Shown: positions 11,317 to 22,149, counted from the first letter of the stretch. The stretch is 64,000 nucleotides of DNA from an uncultured Gemmatimonadales bacterium (GCA_963809895.1 CAWELD010000003.1:800001-864000); one strand, 5' to 3'. Program-made: numbers and translations. The notes: generated from the letters alone by a model not told the origin.

Positions 11317-12242
11317 GCCCCGGGGAGCGGCCCATCCGCTCCCTGGGCGTGGTACTGCGCCAGGGGGCGTTGGAATCCCCTCGGATCCTCTCCCGTCTGG
11401 GAACGGCGACGCGCGCGCTGGGCCTGGAGCTGCGCATCGAAGCGGACCGGATGGACGTGGCGCCTTCCGGCGCGACGCCCTTTCAGCCCGACGGCGAGGA
11501 CCTTCCCGATCTGGTCATGTCGCTGGGGGGCGACGGCACCATGCTGCGGGCGGCGCGCATGATCCTGGGCAGCGGGGTTCCTCTTCTGGGCGTGAATCTC
11601 GGCCACCTGGGCTTCCTGACGGCTGCCGGCGCCGGAGAGATGGAGGCCGCGCTGGACCGCATGGTGGCCGGCGACTACGTCCTGGAGCGCCGCTTCACCC
11701 TACGGGCCGATGTGCTGGCGGGCGACGGCTCTCACGTGGTCAGCTTCAACTCGCTGAACGACATGGTGGTCCACAAGGCCGGCGCCGCGCGGGTGGCCCG
11801 CCTCGAGATCCGCGTGGGTCAGGCGGGAGACGAGGAGGAGCTCGGAAGCTTCTCCGGCGACGGCGTGATCGTGGCCACCCCCACCGGATCGACGGCGTAC
11901 AACCTGTCCGCCGGAGGTCCCATTGTTGTGCCCACCATGGAATGCCTCACCGTCACGCCCGTGTGTCCGCACACGCTGGCCGTCCGCCCGCTGGTGGTGC
12001 CCTCGGCGGAGGCGGTGGTGATCCGCGCGTTGGAGCCCGACCCCAGCCTGGTGCTGACCGTCGACGGCCAGGACGGGCGCGGCTTCGAGGACGGCCGCGG
12101 CCTCCAGGACGGGGAGTGGGTACGGGTGCAGCGCGGAGAGAATCCCCTGGAGCTGGTCCGGTTCCCCGAAAACACCTTCGTCACGACCCTGCGCCGCAAG
12201 CTGAAATGGGCCGCCCGCCCGGGGACGGACGACGACGGCTGA
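11313..12242 (+). CDS. nadK: NAD(+) kinase
   Basis: SLGGDGTML, GVNLGHLGFL, DGVIVATPTGSTAYNLSAGGP; GTG overlaps the dxs stop. Confidence 0.95.
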   Translation: MSPGERPIRSLGVVLRQGALESPRILSRLGTATRALGLELRIEADRMDVAPSGATPFQPDGEDLPDLVMSLGGDGTMLRAARMILGSGVPLLGVNLGHLGFLTAAGAGEMEAALDRMVAGDYVLERRFTLRADVLAGDGSHVVSFNSLNDMVVHKAGAARVARLEIRVGQAGDEEELGSFSGDGVIVATPTGSTAYNLSAGGPIVVPTMECLTVTPVCPHTLAVRPLVVPSAEAVVIRALEPDPSLVLTVDGQDGRGFEDGRGLQDGEWVRVQRGENPLELVRFPENTFVTTLRRKLKWAARPGTDDDG

Positions 12243-12264
12243 TTTCACGCGTCCCTCAAGAGCA

Positions 12265-12294
12265 TTGAGTCGTCTCGACCCGCGTGGGTATCGT
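12265..12294 (+). promoter_or_regulatory. Probable leaderless promoter for recN
   Basis: TTGAGT-N18-TATCGT ending 6 nt before the ATG; no Shine-Dalgarno. Confidence 0.45.
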
Positions 12295-12300
12295 TGAAGC

Positions 12301-13963
12301 ATGCTCATCGAACTGCGCATCCGAGACTACGCCGTCCTGGACGACCTGACGCTCCAGCTGGGCGCCGGCCTCAACGCCCTCACCGGAGAGACGGGCGCGG
12401 GGAAGTCCATCATCGTGGGAGCCCTCTCTCTTCTCCTGGGCGAGCGTGCGGCGTCCGAAGACGTCCGCACCGGCGCCGAGCGGGCGGTGGTGGAGGGCGT
12501 CTTCGACGTGGCCGAGCGTCCCGACGTGGTCGCACGGCTGGAAAGCATGGGGCTGGAGCCGGAAGACGGACTGCTCATTCTGCGGCGCGAAGTCCAGGCC
12601 CAGGGCCGCAACCGTGCCTGGGTGAACGGCTCGCCGGCCACGGCCACCACCGTGGGCGATCTGGGCTCCATGCTCGTGGACCTGCATGGCCAGCACGAGC
12701 ACCAGACGCTGCTCCGCCGGGCCGAGCAGCGCGCTATTCTGGACGCCTACGCCGGCTCGGAAGGCCAGGTGGAGGAGGTGGCGCGACGCCACGCTGCCTG
12801 GCTAGGCACGCGACGCGCCATCGAGGAGCACGAGACGCGGGCCCGGGAGCTGGCCAATCGCGCCGACTTCCTGAGCTTCCAGCTCAAGGAGATCGAAGGC
12901 GCCCGGGTGGAGGACGGGGAAGAGGACGCGCTGGAGGCCGAAGGACGGCGCCTGGAGCATGCGCAGGAGCTGGCCGAGGAGACCACGCGGCTGCACGAGC
13001 TCCTGTACGGGTCCGACGACGCCGTCTCGGATCATCTGGCCGATGCCCGGGCCACGCTCAAACGGCTGGCGGAGGTGGACGAGGAGCTGGCGCCGCTGGC
13101 CCAGATGGCGGAAGACGCCTTCCACGCCGTCGTCGAGGCGGGCCGCGCCGCCGGTGACTACGCGGCCGGTGTCGAGCACGACCCCGGTCGCCTGGAGCAG
13201 ATCCGTCAGCGTCTGGACGTGCTCTTCCGCCTCAAGCGCAAGTACGGGCCCGAGCTCTCGGACGTCATCGCCACGCGCACCCGACTGCGGGCGGAGCTGG
13301 ACGAGCTGGAGGCCTCACGGCCTGGACATCCAGGAGCTCCAGAAGCAGGAGACCTCGGCTCGGGACGCCCTTGCCGAGGCCGCCGATGCCCTCACCCGGA
13401 CGCGACGCGAGGCCTCGGAGCGCTTGGCCGGCGAGGTGGCGTCGCTGCTGCCCGAGCTGGGCATGCGTGACGCCGTGGTGCAGATCGCGCTCATCCCCCA
13501 GGACGAGCCGGGACCCAGCGGCGCAGAGCAGGTGGAATACCGGGTGTCGCTGAACCCGGGCTTCGAGCCGCGCTCCCTGGCCCGCATCGCCAGCGGGGGC
13601 GAGCTGTCTCGAGTCATGCTCGCTCTCAAGGCGATTCTGGCCCGCGAGGACCGGGTGCCGACACTGGTGTTCGACGAGATCGACGCGGGCATCGGCGGGA
13701 CCGTGGCCACGGCCGTCGCGCGCACGCTGCTCCGGGTCGCCGAGCACCATCAGGTGTTCGTCATCACCCACCTGCCGCAGCTCGCGGCACGAGCCGGGGC
13801 GCACCTCCTGGTGCAGAAGGAGGCCCGGGGCGGCATGGCCGCGACCTCGGTGGAATCCCTCGAAGGCGAAGGCCGAGTGCGGGAGATCGCCCGCATGCTA
13901 GGGGGGGATCCCGAATCCGAGACCTCCCGGGACCACGCGCGGGAGCTCATGACCGCGAGCTGA
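12301..13963 (+). CDS. recN: DNA repair protein RecN (one extra base at ~13318 splits the frame)
   Basis: Walker A TGETGAGKS and LHGQHEHQ in frame 12301; ASGGELSRVMLAL, FDEIDAGIGG and ITHLPQ in frame 12959; joins as ELEAS-[c]-GLDIQ. Confidence 0.93.
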
Positions 13964-13994
13964 GCTCGCAGCCGAGCGGGACGCCCGAAGGCCG

Positions 13995-15623
13995 TCAGCG
14001 CCCCCAGAGCCTCCGGAGCAGCCGTCCCCCGAACACCAGTCGGGTGCCTGCCGGCGTGCGCCCGCCGCTGCCCGATACCGTCGTGCGCACGTCGATGAAG
14101 ACCTCGACGCCCTGACCCGCGGCGCCCGGTGTCATGGTGGTCTGATAGGTGAGGCTCCCTCCCACTTCCTGGAAGGTCTGCTCTGTCTCCGCGTCCATGA
14201 CCGAGGCGTCGGGGTAGACCGCGCCCGACGGCACGAACGGCTCGGCGGGCATGAGCGGCAAGGGCGTGGCGAGGCGTGTGTAGCGATCGGAGCCCTGGTG
14301 CAGGTAGTGCCAGGTGAGGCCCAACGACAGGGCGGGGGCCAGGCGGAAGGCAGGCTGGATCTCGAGCTGCATGCGATCGCCGGGGTCCCAGTCCAGCGTG
14401 GCGATGTTGACGCGCGGAACGAGCACCACGTCGGCGGGGGCCACGCGGTCCCTCACGGTGGCCGGCTGCTGGCGGGTGTAGAGCCCCTGGGCGCGGACGG
14501 CGAAGTGGCGGCTCATGAAGGCCGCGTACAGACCGCCCTCCAGGTCGAGCTGGCCATCGGAGGTGCGGGGCAGGAGGATGGCGTCGACCTGGCGCGCGGC
14601 GCCCGTGGGCAAGCGGACCGTGCCCAGTGCCGCCACTTTCCACGCCCGATCGATGCGATTCAGGCTGTCGCGGACCTCACCGGCGAGCAGGCGCACGGCG
14701 ACCCGGGCTTCGACGTCGCCCAGCTCCCAGGGGCCCTGGAGCGTGCCCGGCGGTGCCAGGTAGCCGAAGGGCCCTCCCAGGTCGGTGAGGAACTCGTCCA
14801 GGGTCGGTCCCTGCAGCGGCTCCGAGGCCAGGGGGAGCCCCTCGAGGGCGGTGAGCCCCTGGTCGGTGAGGCGTGTGTTGAGCGCGTCGACCCGGGCGGT
14901 CAGGGCGTCACCCGCCGCGGTGCCCGCCGCCGGAAAGAGCAGCGAAGTGCCGAAGAGCGCCGTGAAGGCGTCGCCGGCGCTCGCCAGATCCGCCGCCAGC
15001 GCCTGGGCGTCGAGGCACGCCTGGCTCGAGGGATCGGTGCCGCACGCGTCGGAGGCCAGCGTCGCGGCCGCACCGGCTCGGTCGGCCAGCGACTCCACGA
15101 ATCCCCGGACCAGCGCCTGATTGACGACCCCGGGATTCACGCCCAGATCCGCCAGGGTGTCGGGAGCGATCTCGAAGGTGCCTTCGAAGCGCGTCTTCAC
15201 CAGCGGGACCGTGACCCCCACGGTGAGCCAGTCGAGGACGCCCACGTCGGCGGAGAAGGGCACCTCGACCCGATTGGCCGTCACCAGCGCCTGGCTGGCC
15301 CCCAGGCGCAGCGGGAAGCCCGAGGCGTCGTCGTCCAGGGCCGCGGCCAGACGCTCACGCAGGTCGGCCGCACCCGGAAAGAAATCCGCCGCCGACGGCT
15401 TGGTGAGGTCGAACCCCAGCGGCTCGAGCTCCTCCACGGTCGAGCCGCCCTCGGTGCGGAGACCATAGCGCTCGGTGGCGTAGTCGAAGATGCCCGAGGT
15501 AGCGATGCGCAGCCGGCCCGCCGGGAGCACCGGATCCGCCATGGACTGGGCCGCCAGGGGAGCCGCCCACAAGGGCAGCAGGCAGCTCACGGCGAGCAGG
15601 GCGTTGCGGCGATGTCGCGGCAT
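13995..15623 (-). CDS. Hypothetical exported protein, probable outer-membrane beta-barrel (transporter-like)
   Basis: Signal peptide (PLAAQ); alternating beta-strand segments such as GTVRLPTG and LSLGLTWHY; aromatic C-terminus. Confidence 0.65.
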   Translation of the reverse strand: MPRHRRNALLAVSCLLPLWAAPLAAQSMADPVLPAGRLRIATSGIFDYATERYGLRTEGGSTVEELEPLGFDLTKPSAADFFPGAADLRERLAAALDDDASGFPLRLGASQALVTANRVEVPFSADVGVLDWLTVGVTVPLVKTRFEGTFEIAPDTLADLGVNPGVVNQALVRGFVESLADRAGAAATLASDACGTDPSSQACLDAQALAADLASAGDAFTALFGTSLLFPAAGTAAGDALTARVDALNTRLTDQGLTALEGLPLASEPLQGPTLDEFLTDLGGPFGYLAPPGTLQGPWELGDVEARVAVRLLAGEVRDSLNRIDRAWKVAALGTVRLPTGAARQVDAILLPRTSDGQLDLEGGLYAAFMSRHFAVRAQGLYTRQQPATVRDRVAPADVVLVPRVNIATLDWDPGDRMQLEIQPAFRLAPALSLGLTWHYLHQGSDRYTRLATPLPLMPAEPFVPSGAVYPDASVMDAETEQTFQEVGGSLTYQTTMTPGAAGQGVEVFIDVRTTVSGSGGRTPAGTRLVFGGRLLRRLWGR

Positions 15624-15690
15624 CGGGTGTCGGGTGAAATGGACGGTCCGGGGGAGTCGCACAAGATAACAGACAACCCCCCTGGTTGTC

Positions 15691-15719
15691 TTGACACCGT
15701 AAACGTCCTTTTCTACAAT
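15691..15719 (+). promoter_or_regulatory. Sigma70 promoter of the tRNA operon
   Basis: TTGACA-N17-TACAAT, 16 nt upstream of tRNA-Gly. Confidence 0.85.
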
Positions 15720-15735
15720 CCGGGCTCACAACCAC

Positions 15736-15808
<73 letters not shown>

Positions 15809-15858
15809 CTCGCAAGGGGGAGCGAAGCGGTCGCCCGCGGAGCTCCCCTTCGCGCATC

Positions 15859-15929
15859 GGCGCCGTAGCCAAGCGGTAAGGCAGAGGACTGCAAATCCTT
15901 TATCCCCGGTTCGAATCCGGGCGGCGCCT
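15859..15929 (+). tRNA. tRNA-Cys (GCA), CCA not encoded
   Basis: GGCGCCG/CGGCGCC acceptor stem, CTGCAAA anticodon loop, GGTTCGAATCC T-arm, U discriminator. Confidence 0.97.
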
Positions 15930-15985
15930 CTTGGGGCTTCGGGGTTTCCGCGTGTGATGCGCGGAGGCCCCGTTTCGCATTGGGG
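15889..15985 (+). repeat. att-like direct repeat, copy 1 (tRNA-Cys 3' half plus downstream flank)
   Basis: 15889-15942 matches 22150-22203 at 53/54 nt; ungapped similarity continues to 15985/22246. Confidence 0.9.
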
Positions 15986-16120
15986 CATGGGCTCCGGCGG
16001 CGGCCCTCGCGGGTGGCCACCCACCAACGCGGCCCTCGCCGGCGGCCTCGCTCCATGCGGCTCCAGGTCGGCGCACACAAGGCGGGCCACTCGGACCGGC
16101 GCACCGCCGGCGGCCTCGCG

Positions 16121-16297
16121 GTCAATCGCGCAACGGCCTGCTTCCCGGCGATGGATGCGGGATTGGCGGTAATAGATCCGGTCCGGCGCTCGAGCGTTGG
16201 ATCTTGCTTCGCCGCACGCAGGGTTCGCGGCGATTATTGACGCCGCCGGCGCACCGATCGCTGCCCGGACGACGGTCTGCGCGGGTCGTTGGCGTTT
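16121..16297. repeat. Intergenic 61-nt-period element, copy A
   Basis: GTCAATCGCGCAACGG at 16121; TGCGGGATTGGCGGTAAT at 16156; CGCAGGGTTCGCGGCGAT at 16217; weak third motif at ~16280. Confidence 0.65.
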
Positions 16298-16367
16298 GCG
16301 CGTGAGCTGCGCAGCGTGTATGGTGGTGTTTGCTAGTCTCCCCGTCACCCTCTCACGGAGGTGGAAC

Positions 16368-16862
16368 ATGCGGCACCGTATTCTGTTCCCACTCATGGCT
16401 GGTCTCTTCTTGGCGTCAGCACCTGCGCTCCAAGCGCAAGGGTCATGCGGAACCTGCTGGGATGCCACAGACCACTTGGGGAATTGGATGCATGCGTTCT
16501 CCTCGGGGCCCCCAACCCCGCCGCCGAATTATGACCTCGACGACCACATGAGCTATTTCTTCGAGGCAAACGATCCCGAGGACCCTTCTGACCAGGGTCA
16601 TACCTACTGGCTTGGCGGCAAGTGCGTGAGTGCGCATGCCCTCTGTCAGCCGGGAGAGTTCGCTCAACGGTTGGCGAGTAGCACGACAGAGGCAATCGCG
16701 GGGTGGTTGGTGGAGGACGCCAATGTGAGAATCGACCCAGAGAGACCCATCGTTTGGGCGCACTGCAGTGGCCACTTGATCCACCGCGACCTTCCATTCG
16801 CGGTATGGGTCGCTGCGCGGACGGCGCAGGTTGCGGCTGACCTAGGGCTGTCTGCACAATAG
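16368..16862 (+). CDS. Secreted Cys/His-rich hypothetical protein
   Basis: GGAGG RBS; signal peptide ending ALQA-Q; CGTCW...H...H, GH...C...H..C motifs; 164 aa. Confidence 0.75.
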   Translation: MRHRILFPLMAGLFLASAPALQAQGSCGTCWDATDHLGNWMHAFSSGPPTPPPNYDLDDHMSYFFEANDPEDPSDQGHTYWLGGKCVSAHALCQPGEFAQRLASSTTEAIAGWLVEDANVRIDPERPIVWAHCSGHLIHRDLPFAVWVAARTAQVAADLGLSAQ

Positions 16863-16981
16863 CGCCCCACTGGGTAGGAACCACTGGCCAACGGAAGAGT
16901 TCGCCCGTGGCCCGGTTGGTTTGACTGGGCCGCGGGCAGCTTCGGCTGATCCACTGAGAGAGATGGGAGGGATAGAAACGG

Positions 16982-19900
16982 ATGCATGTCCGCCGGTACC
17001 TCGGACTCTTCTCGATTCTCGGCATCGCGGCCCTCGGCCTCCTTCCAATCGCCGCCCGCGCCCAATCCCGCACGAGCTCCGCAATCCGGGGCACGGTGGT
17101 CCAGGAAGACGGCACGCCGGTGTCGGGCGCCGAGGTCGTAGTGCGGCACCAGGCCACCGGCGCGGAACGGGCGACGCTCACCAACGCCAACGGGGCCTTC
17201 CTGGTGCTGCTACTCCAGCCCGGCGGGCCGTACTCCGTCACGGTTTCGAATCTGGGCTTCGCCGACTTCCAGCGTGACGACCTGACGCTGCCGGTGGGCG
17301 AGACCACGGTCGTGGACGTGGTGCTGCGCACCGAGGCACTGGAGCTGGAGGGATTGGATGTCGAGGTCGAGCGCCGGGCGCGGGTGTTCGATCGAGACCT
17401 GGTGGGTCCCACCACCCGGCTCAGCGAGCGCGCGGTGGAATCGACCCCGCTCATGTCCCGCGACGTCATGCAGCTCTCGCTCCTGTCGCCCCTTGTGAAG
17501 CGCACCGAGAGCGGGGGATTCTCCATCGCCGGCCAGAACGACCGCTACAACGCCATCCTCATCGACGGGGTGCTGAACAAGGACCTGTTCGGGCTCACCT
17601 CCGGCGGTGTGCCCGGCGGGCAGGCGGGCGCCAAGCTGATCCCGCTGGACGCCATCAGCCAGTACGAGGTGCTGGTGGCGCCCTTCGACGTGCGCCTGTC
17701 GGGCTTCACCGGCGGGGTCATGAACGCCGTCACACGGTCCGGGACCAACGACTGGCGGGTGCGTGCGTCGGCAGTGCACCGGGCCGAGGCGCTCATGGGC
17801 GACCTCCAGCTCGTGACGGGTCCCGTGGATGCCTCGGGCGTGGACCGCTCGCTCCTGGCGCTGTCCGTGGGCGGGCCCATCGTCCGGGACCGGGCCCACG
17901 TCTTCGTGGCCGGGGAGTTCGAAGACCGCAATCACGTGCCGGTGGGCTACAACCTGTTCCGGGACGACGGCAGCCTGATCCGCATCTCCACGGACAAGAT
18001 CACCGAGCTGCAGGACGACTTCGAGAGCACCTACGGCCTGGCCACCGGCAAGGCAGAGGCGTATCCCCTGGGGCAGCGGCTCTCCAACGTGTTCGCGCGC
18101 GTGGACTGGAACATCGCCCGCGGACACCGGCTCACGGCCCGCAACGTGTTCGCGCGGGCCGAGAACGACGAGACGCCCAACCGGACGGGCTTCGATCCCT
18201 ACGAGCTGTCGTCCAACGCCGTGTTCCGGACCTCGACCTCGAACACGACCTCGGTGCAGCTCTTCAGCGACCTCGCAGGGCTGGGCTCCAACGAGCTCGA
18301 GCTCAGCGTGGCCCGGAGCACCGACGAGACGCGCCCGGCGTCCGACTGGCCCCAGGTGGAAGTGGAGCTCATCAGTAGCATCGACGGCTCCTCGTATCAG
18401 CGCTCGACACGGCTGGGCGGCAACTTCTTCGGCCAGGAGAACCATCTCGCGCAGACGGCCTATCGGCTGACCAACTCGCTGGACATCCCCCGGGGCGACG
18501 ACGGCGTGCTCACGGTGGGCGTGACCGGCTCGTACATCGACATCCAGCACTCCTATCTGCCCGGCGCCCGCGGCGAGTACTTCTTCCCGAGCCTGCAGGC
18601 GCTGGAAGAGGACACCCCGTCCCGATACCAGCGCGCCGTGCTGGCGGAGGGCGAGAGTCCGGAGGTGAGTCTCCAGGCCGCGGAGTGGGGATTCTTCGCC
18701 CAGAACCAGATGCGGCCCGGCAAGGGGCTCAGCCTGCGCCTGGGGATCCGCGTGGACGTGCCCTACCTGCTCTCCAATCCCCCGGAGAACCTGGACGTGC
18801 TGGACTACTTCGGCTATTCGACGGCCGACGTGCCCAGCGGCAACTTCATGATCTCGCCGCGCTGGGGCATCAACTGGCAGAGCAGCGGGGAGCACCGCAC
18901 GCAGGTCCGGGCCGGCGGTGGCATGTTCACCGGCCAGATCCCGTACGTGTGGGTGGCCGATGCTTTCCACAACGACGGTCTCCGCTCCTACACCCAGGTG
19001 TGCCGTGGCGACGACACGCCGGGATTCTCGACTTCAGCGGTGCCCCAGGGCTGCGAGACGCACCACAACGTGGTGGTGTTCGAGGACGGCTTCCGGTTTC
19101 CGCAGGACCTGAAATTCTCGGTGGGGGTGGATCACGAGTTCGCCGACTGGATCAGCGGCTCGCTGGGCGCGCTCTTCAGCAAGGCGCTCAACCAGGTGGC
19201 CATCCACGAGCTCAACTACGAGCAGGGCGGGAACCCGGCCCCGGGCTACACGGACTTGGGGAATCGACGCTTCTACGGCAATCGGGGCGCGCCCTTCGAT
19301 CATGTGCTCCTGGTGACCAACGAAGGCGAGGACTGGGGCGCTTCGATCACCGCCGAAGTCCGGGGCACGCTGGCCCGGCGGCTCCAGTTCCAACTCGCCT
19401 ACGCGCTGGCGCGCTCCTGGGACCGCACCAGCCTCGTCTTCGCCGACATGCTGTCCAACATCGGTCTGAACCCGGTGACAGAGAATCTCAACAAACCCCC
19501 ACTGACGACATCCAACTTCGATCGGCCCCACAAGATCGTGGCGAGCGTGTCGGGGCCACCGATCCCAGGTCTCCCGGACACCCAGGTCTCCCTGCTCTAC
19601 ACCGGGCAGTCGGGCCTTCCCTTCACCTACGTCTACGACTTCGATCTGAACGGGGACAGCCTGCCGGGACCCGGTGGCGCGCTCGACCGTTACAATGACC
19701 CCGTCTGGGTGCCCGCCCAGGCGGAGGACCTGCCTGGCACGATCGCCACCCAGATCCTAACGGCCCGGGCCTTGACGAACGACGCGTGCTTGCGAGAGAA
19801 CCGGGGGCAGATCCTGGGGCGCAACGCCTGCCGCGCGCCGTGGGAGAATCGGCTGGATCTGCGCGTCACCCAGACACTCCGGCTGGGCGCGGCCGACGTC

Positions 19901-20158
19901 CGATTCGAGGGCGACCTGGTGAACGTGCTCAACCTGCTCAACGGAAGCTGGGGTACGATCCAGCAGGTTCGCCCTCAGGTGCCGCTCTACGAGCTGTGCA
20001 ACTGCGGTGCGCTGCTACGGTGGGGAGGCGGTGTCCTGCCTCGGAGAGACAAACAGGACCGGGTCGAACCTTCGAACCCTTGGGCGCCGGTCTCCCCCGA
20101 CTCACAGTGGCAGATCCAGCTCGGGGCACGGGTGACTTTCGATCGCGGGAGGCGCTGA
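16982..20158 (+). CDS. Oar-like TonB-dependent receptor with N-terminal carboxypeptidase-regulatory-like domain
   Basis: 1058 aa; IRGTV...GAEV...TNANG...LQPGGPY, PLDAISQYEV...GFTGGVMNAVTRSG, ISPRWGINW, C-terminal QIQLGARVTF. Confidence 0.92.
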   Translation: MHVRRYLGLFSILGIAALGLLPIAARAQSRTSSAIRGTVVQEDGTPVSGAEVVVRHQATGAERATLTNANGAFLVLLLQPGGPYSVTVSNLGFADFQRDDLTLPVGETTVVDVVLRTEALELEGLDVEVERRARVFDRDLVGPTTRLSERAVESTPLMSRDVMQLSLLSPLVKRTESGGFSIAGQNDRYNAILIDGVLNKDLFGLTSGGVPGGQAGAKLIPLDAISQYEVLVAPFDVRLSGFTGGVMNAVTRSGTNDWRVRASAVHRAEALMGDLQLVTGPVDASGVDRSLLALSVGGPIVRDRAHVFVAGEFEDRNHVPVGYNLFRDDGSLIRISTDKITELQDDFESTYGLATGKAEAYPLGQRLSNVFARVDWNIARGHRLTARNVFARAENDETPNRTGFDPYELSSNAVFRTSTSNTTSVQLFSDLAGLGSNELELSVARSTDETRPASDWPQVEVELISSIDGSSYQRSTRLGGNFFGQENHLAQTAYRLTNSLDIPRGDDGVLTVGVTGSYIDIQHSYLPGARGEYFFPSLQALEEDTPSRYQRAVLAEGESPEVSLQAAEWGFFAQNQMRPGKGLSLRLGIRVDVPYLLSNPPENLDVLDYFGYSTADVPSGNFMISPRWGINWQSSGEHRTQVRAGGGMFTGQIPYVWVADAFHNDGLRSYTQVCRGDDTPGFSTSAVPQGCETHHNVVVFEDGFRFPQDLKFSVGVDHEFADWISGSLGALFSKALNQVAIHELNYEQGGNPAPGYTDLGNRRFYGNRGAPFDHVLLVTNEGEDWGASITAEVRGTLARRLQFQLAYALARSWDRTSLVFADMLSNIGLNPVTENLNKPPLTTSNFDRPHKIVASVSGPPIPGLPDTQVSLLYTGQSGLPFTYVYDFDLNGDSLPGPGGALDRYNDPVWVPAQAEDLPGTIATQILTARALTNDACLRENRGQILGRNACRAPWENRLDLRVTQTLRLGAADVRFEGDLVNVLNLLNGSWGTIQQVRPQVPLYELCNCGALLRWGGGVLPRRDKQDRVEPSNPWAPVSPDSQWQIQLGARVTFDRGRR

Positions 20159-20159
20159 C

Positions 20160-20810
20160 ATGCGTAAGCGACAATGGAGGGTTGCGTGCGCCGCGATCTT
20201 TCTCACCACAACGGTCGGCGCCTGGCTGACCGCCTGCCAGGACGGCACCGGCCCAAGCTACGTGAGAAATATCCAACTGATACCGGATTCGGCCTACGTG
20301 CCCGTGGGCGAGAGCTACGATTTCCGTCTGGTTGTCTTCGATCAACGCGGCGACTCCATGCCGGACCGGGTGTCCCGCGTCGACCTCCGCAATCGCAATC
20401 CTGAATTGGTGACGGCCGAGCTGGACGGTGCACGCCTGCACGTGACCACGCTCCAGACCGGGAGCGCCGTCCTTGAAATGAACCTGGGATTCGGCTCTGG
20501 CCTAGCCAAGGTCCTCGTCACTCCGGAGCACGTGGATCACATCGAGATCGATCCGACGCCGATCATTATGGAGAATGGCGGCCAGTTCCATGTTCAAGCT
20601 CGGCTGTTCGACGAGGCCGGCAACGAGTTGTCCCCGGAGGGCCACCACATCTCGTGGAAGAGCCTCGACTCTGGGAACGGGATCTTCGTGACCGATCTGG
20701 GCTTCCTTTGCACCGTCACGGCATCATTCTACGAGCGCCTTCCCCATTACGACGAACTCACGCTCATCGTCGACAATCTGAGCGTATCAACCCAGATCAC
20801 CGTCCAGTAA
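20160..20810 (+). CDS. Ig-like domain lipoprotein, TBDR partner
   Basis: Lipobox LTAC; beta-rich Big-like segments (VFDQRGD, ARLFDEAGNEL...ISWKS); 1 nt after the TBDR stop. Confidence 0.75.
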   Translation: MRKRQWRVACAAIFLTTTVGAWLTACQDGTGPSYVRNIQLIPDSAYVPVGESYDFRLVVFDQRGDSMPDRVSRVDLRNRNPELVTAELDGARLHVTTLQTGSAVLEMNLGFGSGLAKVLVTPEHVDHIEIDPTPIIMENGGQFHVQARLFDEAGNELSPEGHHISWKSLDSGNGIFVTDLGFLCTVTASFYERLPHYDELTLIVDNLSVSTQITVQ

Positions 20811-20812
20811 GA

Positions 20813-21925
20813 ATGGGAGGCGCATGCCGACGAGTCGGCATCCTGATCTGCATGCTGGCGGCTTGCAGAGGTGATCCAGCCCCACGGCGGACCTCAGGTA
20901 GCGAAGGCGGTGAGAAGACTCGCGAGGGGACGTCTCAGAGAGAAGTCACACTAGACATCGCCCTTGAGGAGCCGAGGCTGGTCGTGGGGGACTCCGCAAG
21001 GCCCTTGTATTCGGTAACCTACGCGAAGATTTCCCAGGTTGGGAACCTCTTGGTGGCGAACGGCCGTCACGAGATTATCCAGTTTGACGCTGCTGGCTCA
21101 TGGATGGCGACCTTCGGACGTTCCGGAGACGGTCCCGGCGAATTCCAGGCCCTCTGGGACATTTTTCCACGTGATGACGGCAGTATCCTGGCATATGACC
21201 CCTCGGCGTCGCGGATTACCCGATTTCAGCCCGACGCCGATCCTGAGATCGCGCTTCTTCCCGTTTCGTTCGCTCTACCCAGTGGACCTTCGGTGCTTGA
21301 CTCCGACGAAATCGTCGGGATACTAGCCGAGCTTACCCAGTCCACCCTTCCCCCCGGAGCACAAGCACGGGGCTCAGCTCATCTGGTTTGGTCGGACGCC
21401 AACTGGCGAGCCTTCGATACGGTGATGACTTTGCCAGGTCGCATGTATACATCGAATTCGCGCGGCTTGACGGTCTCTGCCCGGAGCCCCGACGTGTTAT
21501 CAGTCGCTTCCGCAAACCGCGTCTATGTGGCCTCCACCGACGTCCCCGATATCCAGGTCTTGGACTCCGCCCGCCATCCGAGCCTAGTTCTAGTGCTCCA
21601 TCTTCCGACCGCCGAGGTCGAGGCCCGTCGTGAAGCCGATGGAGGCATCCAAGGTTCACTCTTCGACAAGCTCGCAGTGACCAGAGGGAATACGCTTTGG
21701 GTCCGACTTCCTGGCCCCCAGGATGCGGCCGTGTGGGAATGGCAGTTGTTTGATGCAAGTGGAAACGCGGAGGCTCGCGTGCGGACTCCCCGACAGTTGA
21801 GGATCACCCAGGTTTCGGAAGATCGTGTCCTTGGCGTGTGGACTGACGACCTGGGCGTGCAAACGGTTCGTTCGTTCCGGCTGGGGAAGAGGGTAACGGA
21901 CTCCATCCCTCAGATGGGCGGTTAG
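20813..21925 (+). CDS. 6-bladed beta-propeller-like lipoprotein
   Basis: Lipobox LAAC; FGRSGDGPGEF motif; C-terminal GVWTDDLGVQTV; lower GC than the core genes. Confidence 0.8.
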   Translation: MGGACRRVGILICMLAACRGDPAPRRTSGSEGGEKTREGTSQREVTLDIALEEPRLVVGDSARPLYSVTYAKISQVGNLLVANGRHEIIQFDAAGSWMATFGRSGDGPGEFQALWDIFPRDDGSILAYDPSASRITRFQPDADPEIALLPVSFALPSGPSVLDSDEIVGILAELTQSTLPPGAQARGSAHLVWSDANWRAFDTVMTLPGRMYTSNSRGLTVSARSPDVLSVASANRVYVASTDVPDIQVLDSARHPSLVLVLHLPTAEVEARREADGGIQGSLFDKLAVTRGNTLWVRLPGPQDAAVWEWQLFDASGNAEARVRTPRQLRITQVSEDRVLGVWTDDLGVQTVRSFRLGKRVTDSIPQMGG

Positions 21926-22149
21926 GCCCCGTATCAGGAGAACCCGAACCGCTCCGACCCCTTAGCTCCTCGCTCTGCAGGTGGGGACCGACGTGGGCCT
22001 CAAGGCTCTGTCGCCCGCAGACTGTCCTGGGCTTACGCATGCGGCCTCACGTCACTAGTCAGGAGGTGCCCCTGAGGGCCCGCAGTTCGGCCGGTCTCGG
22101 CTCGTCAACCAACTCGAGCAGGTCATCGGCTTGGACTGGCCGGAGATTC

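Noticed and set aside
12069..12113. 18-nt tandem repeat in nadK (QDGRGF-EDGRGL-QDG)
   Set aside because: Small in-frame loop duplication with no sign of wider significance.
13310..13325. Programmed frameshift in recN or hutF
   Set aside because: No slippery sequence or stimulatory structure seen; the same one-base excess recurs in unrelated genes, favouring sequencing error.
15812..15856. Hairpin between the two tRNAs as a separate ncRNA
   Set aside because: Best explained as an ordinary spacer stem in the tRNA precursor.
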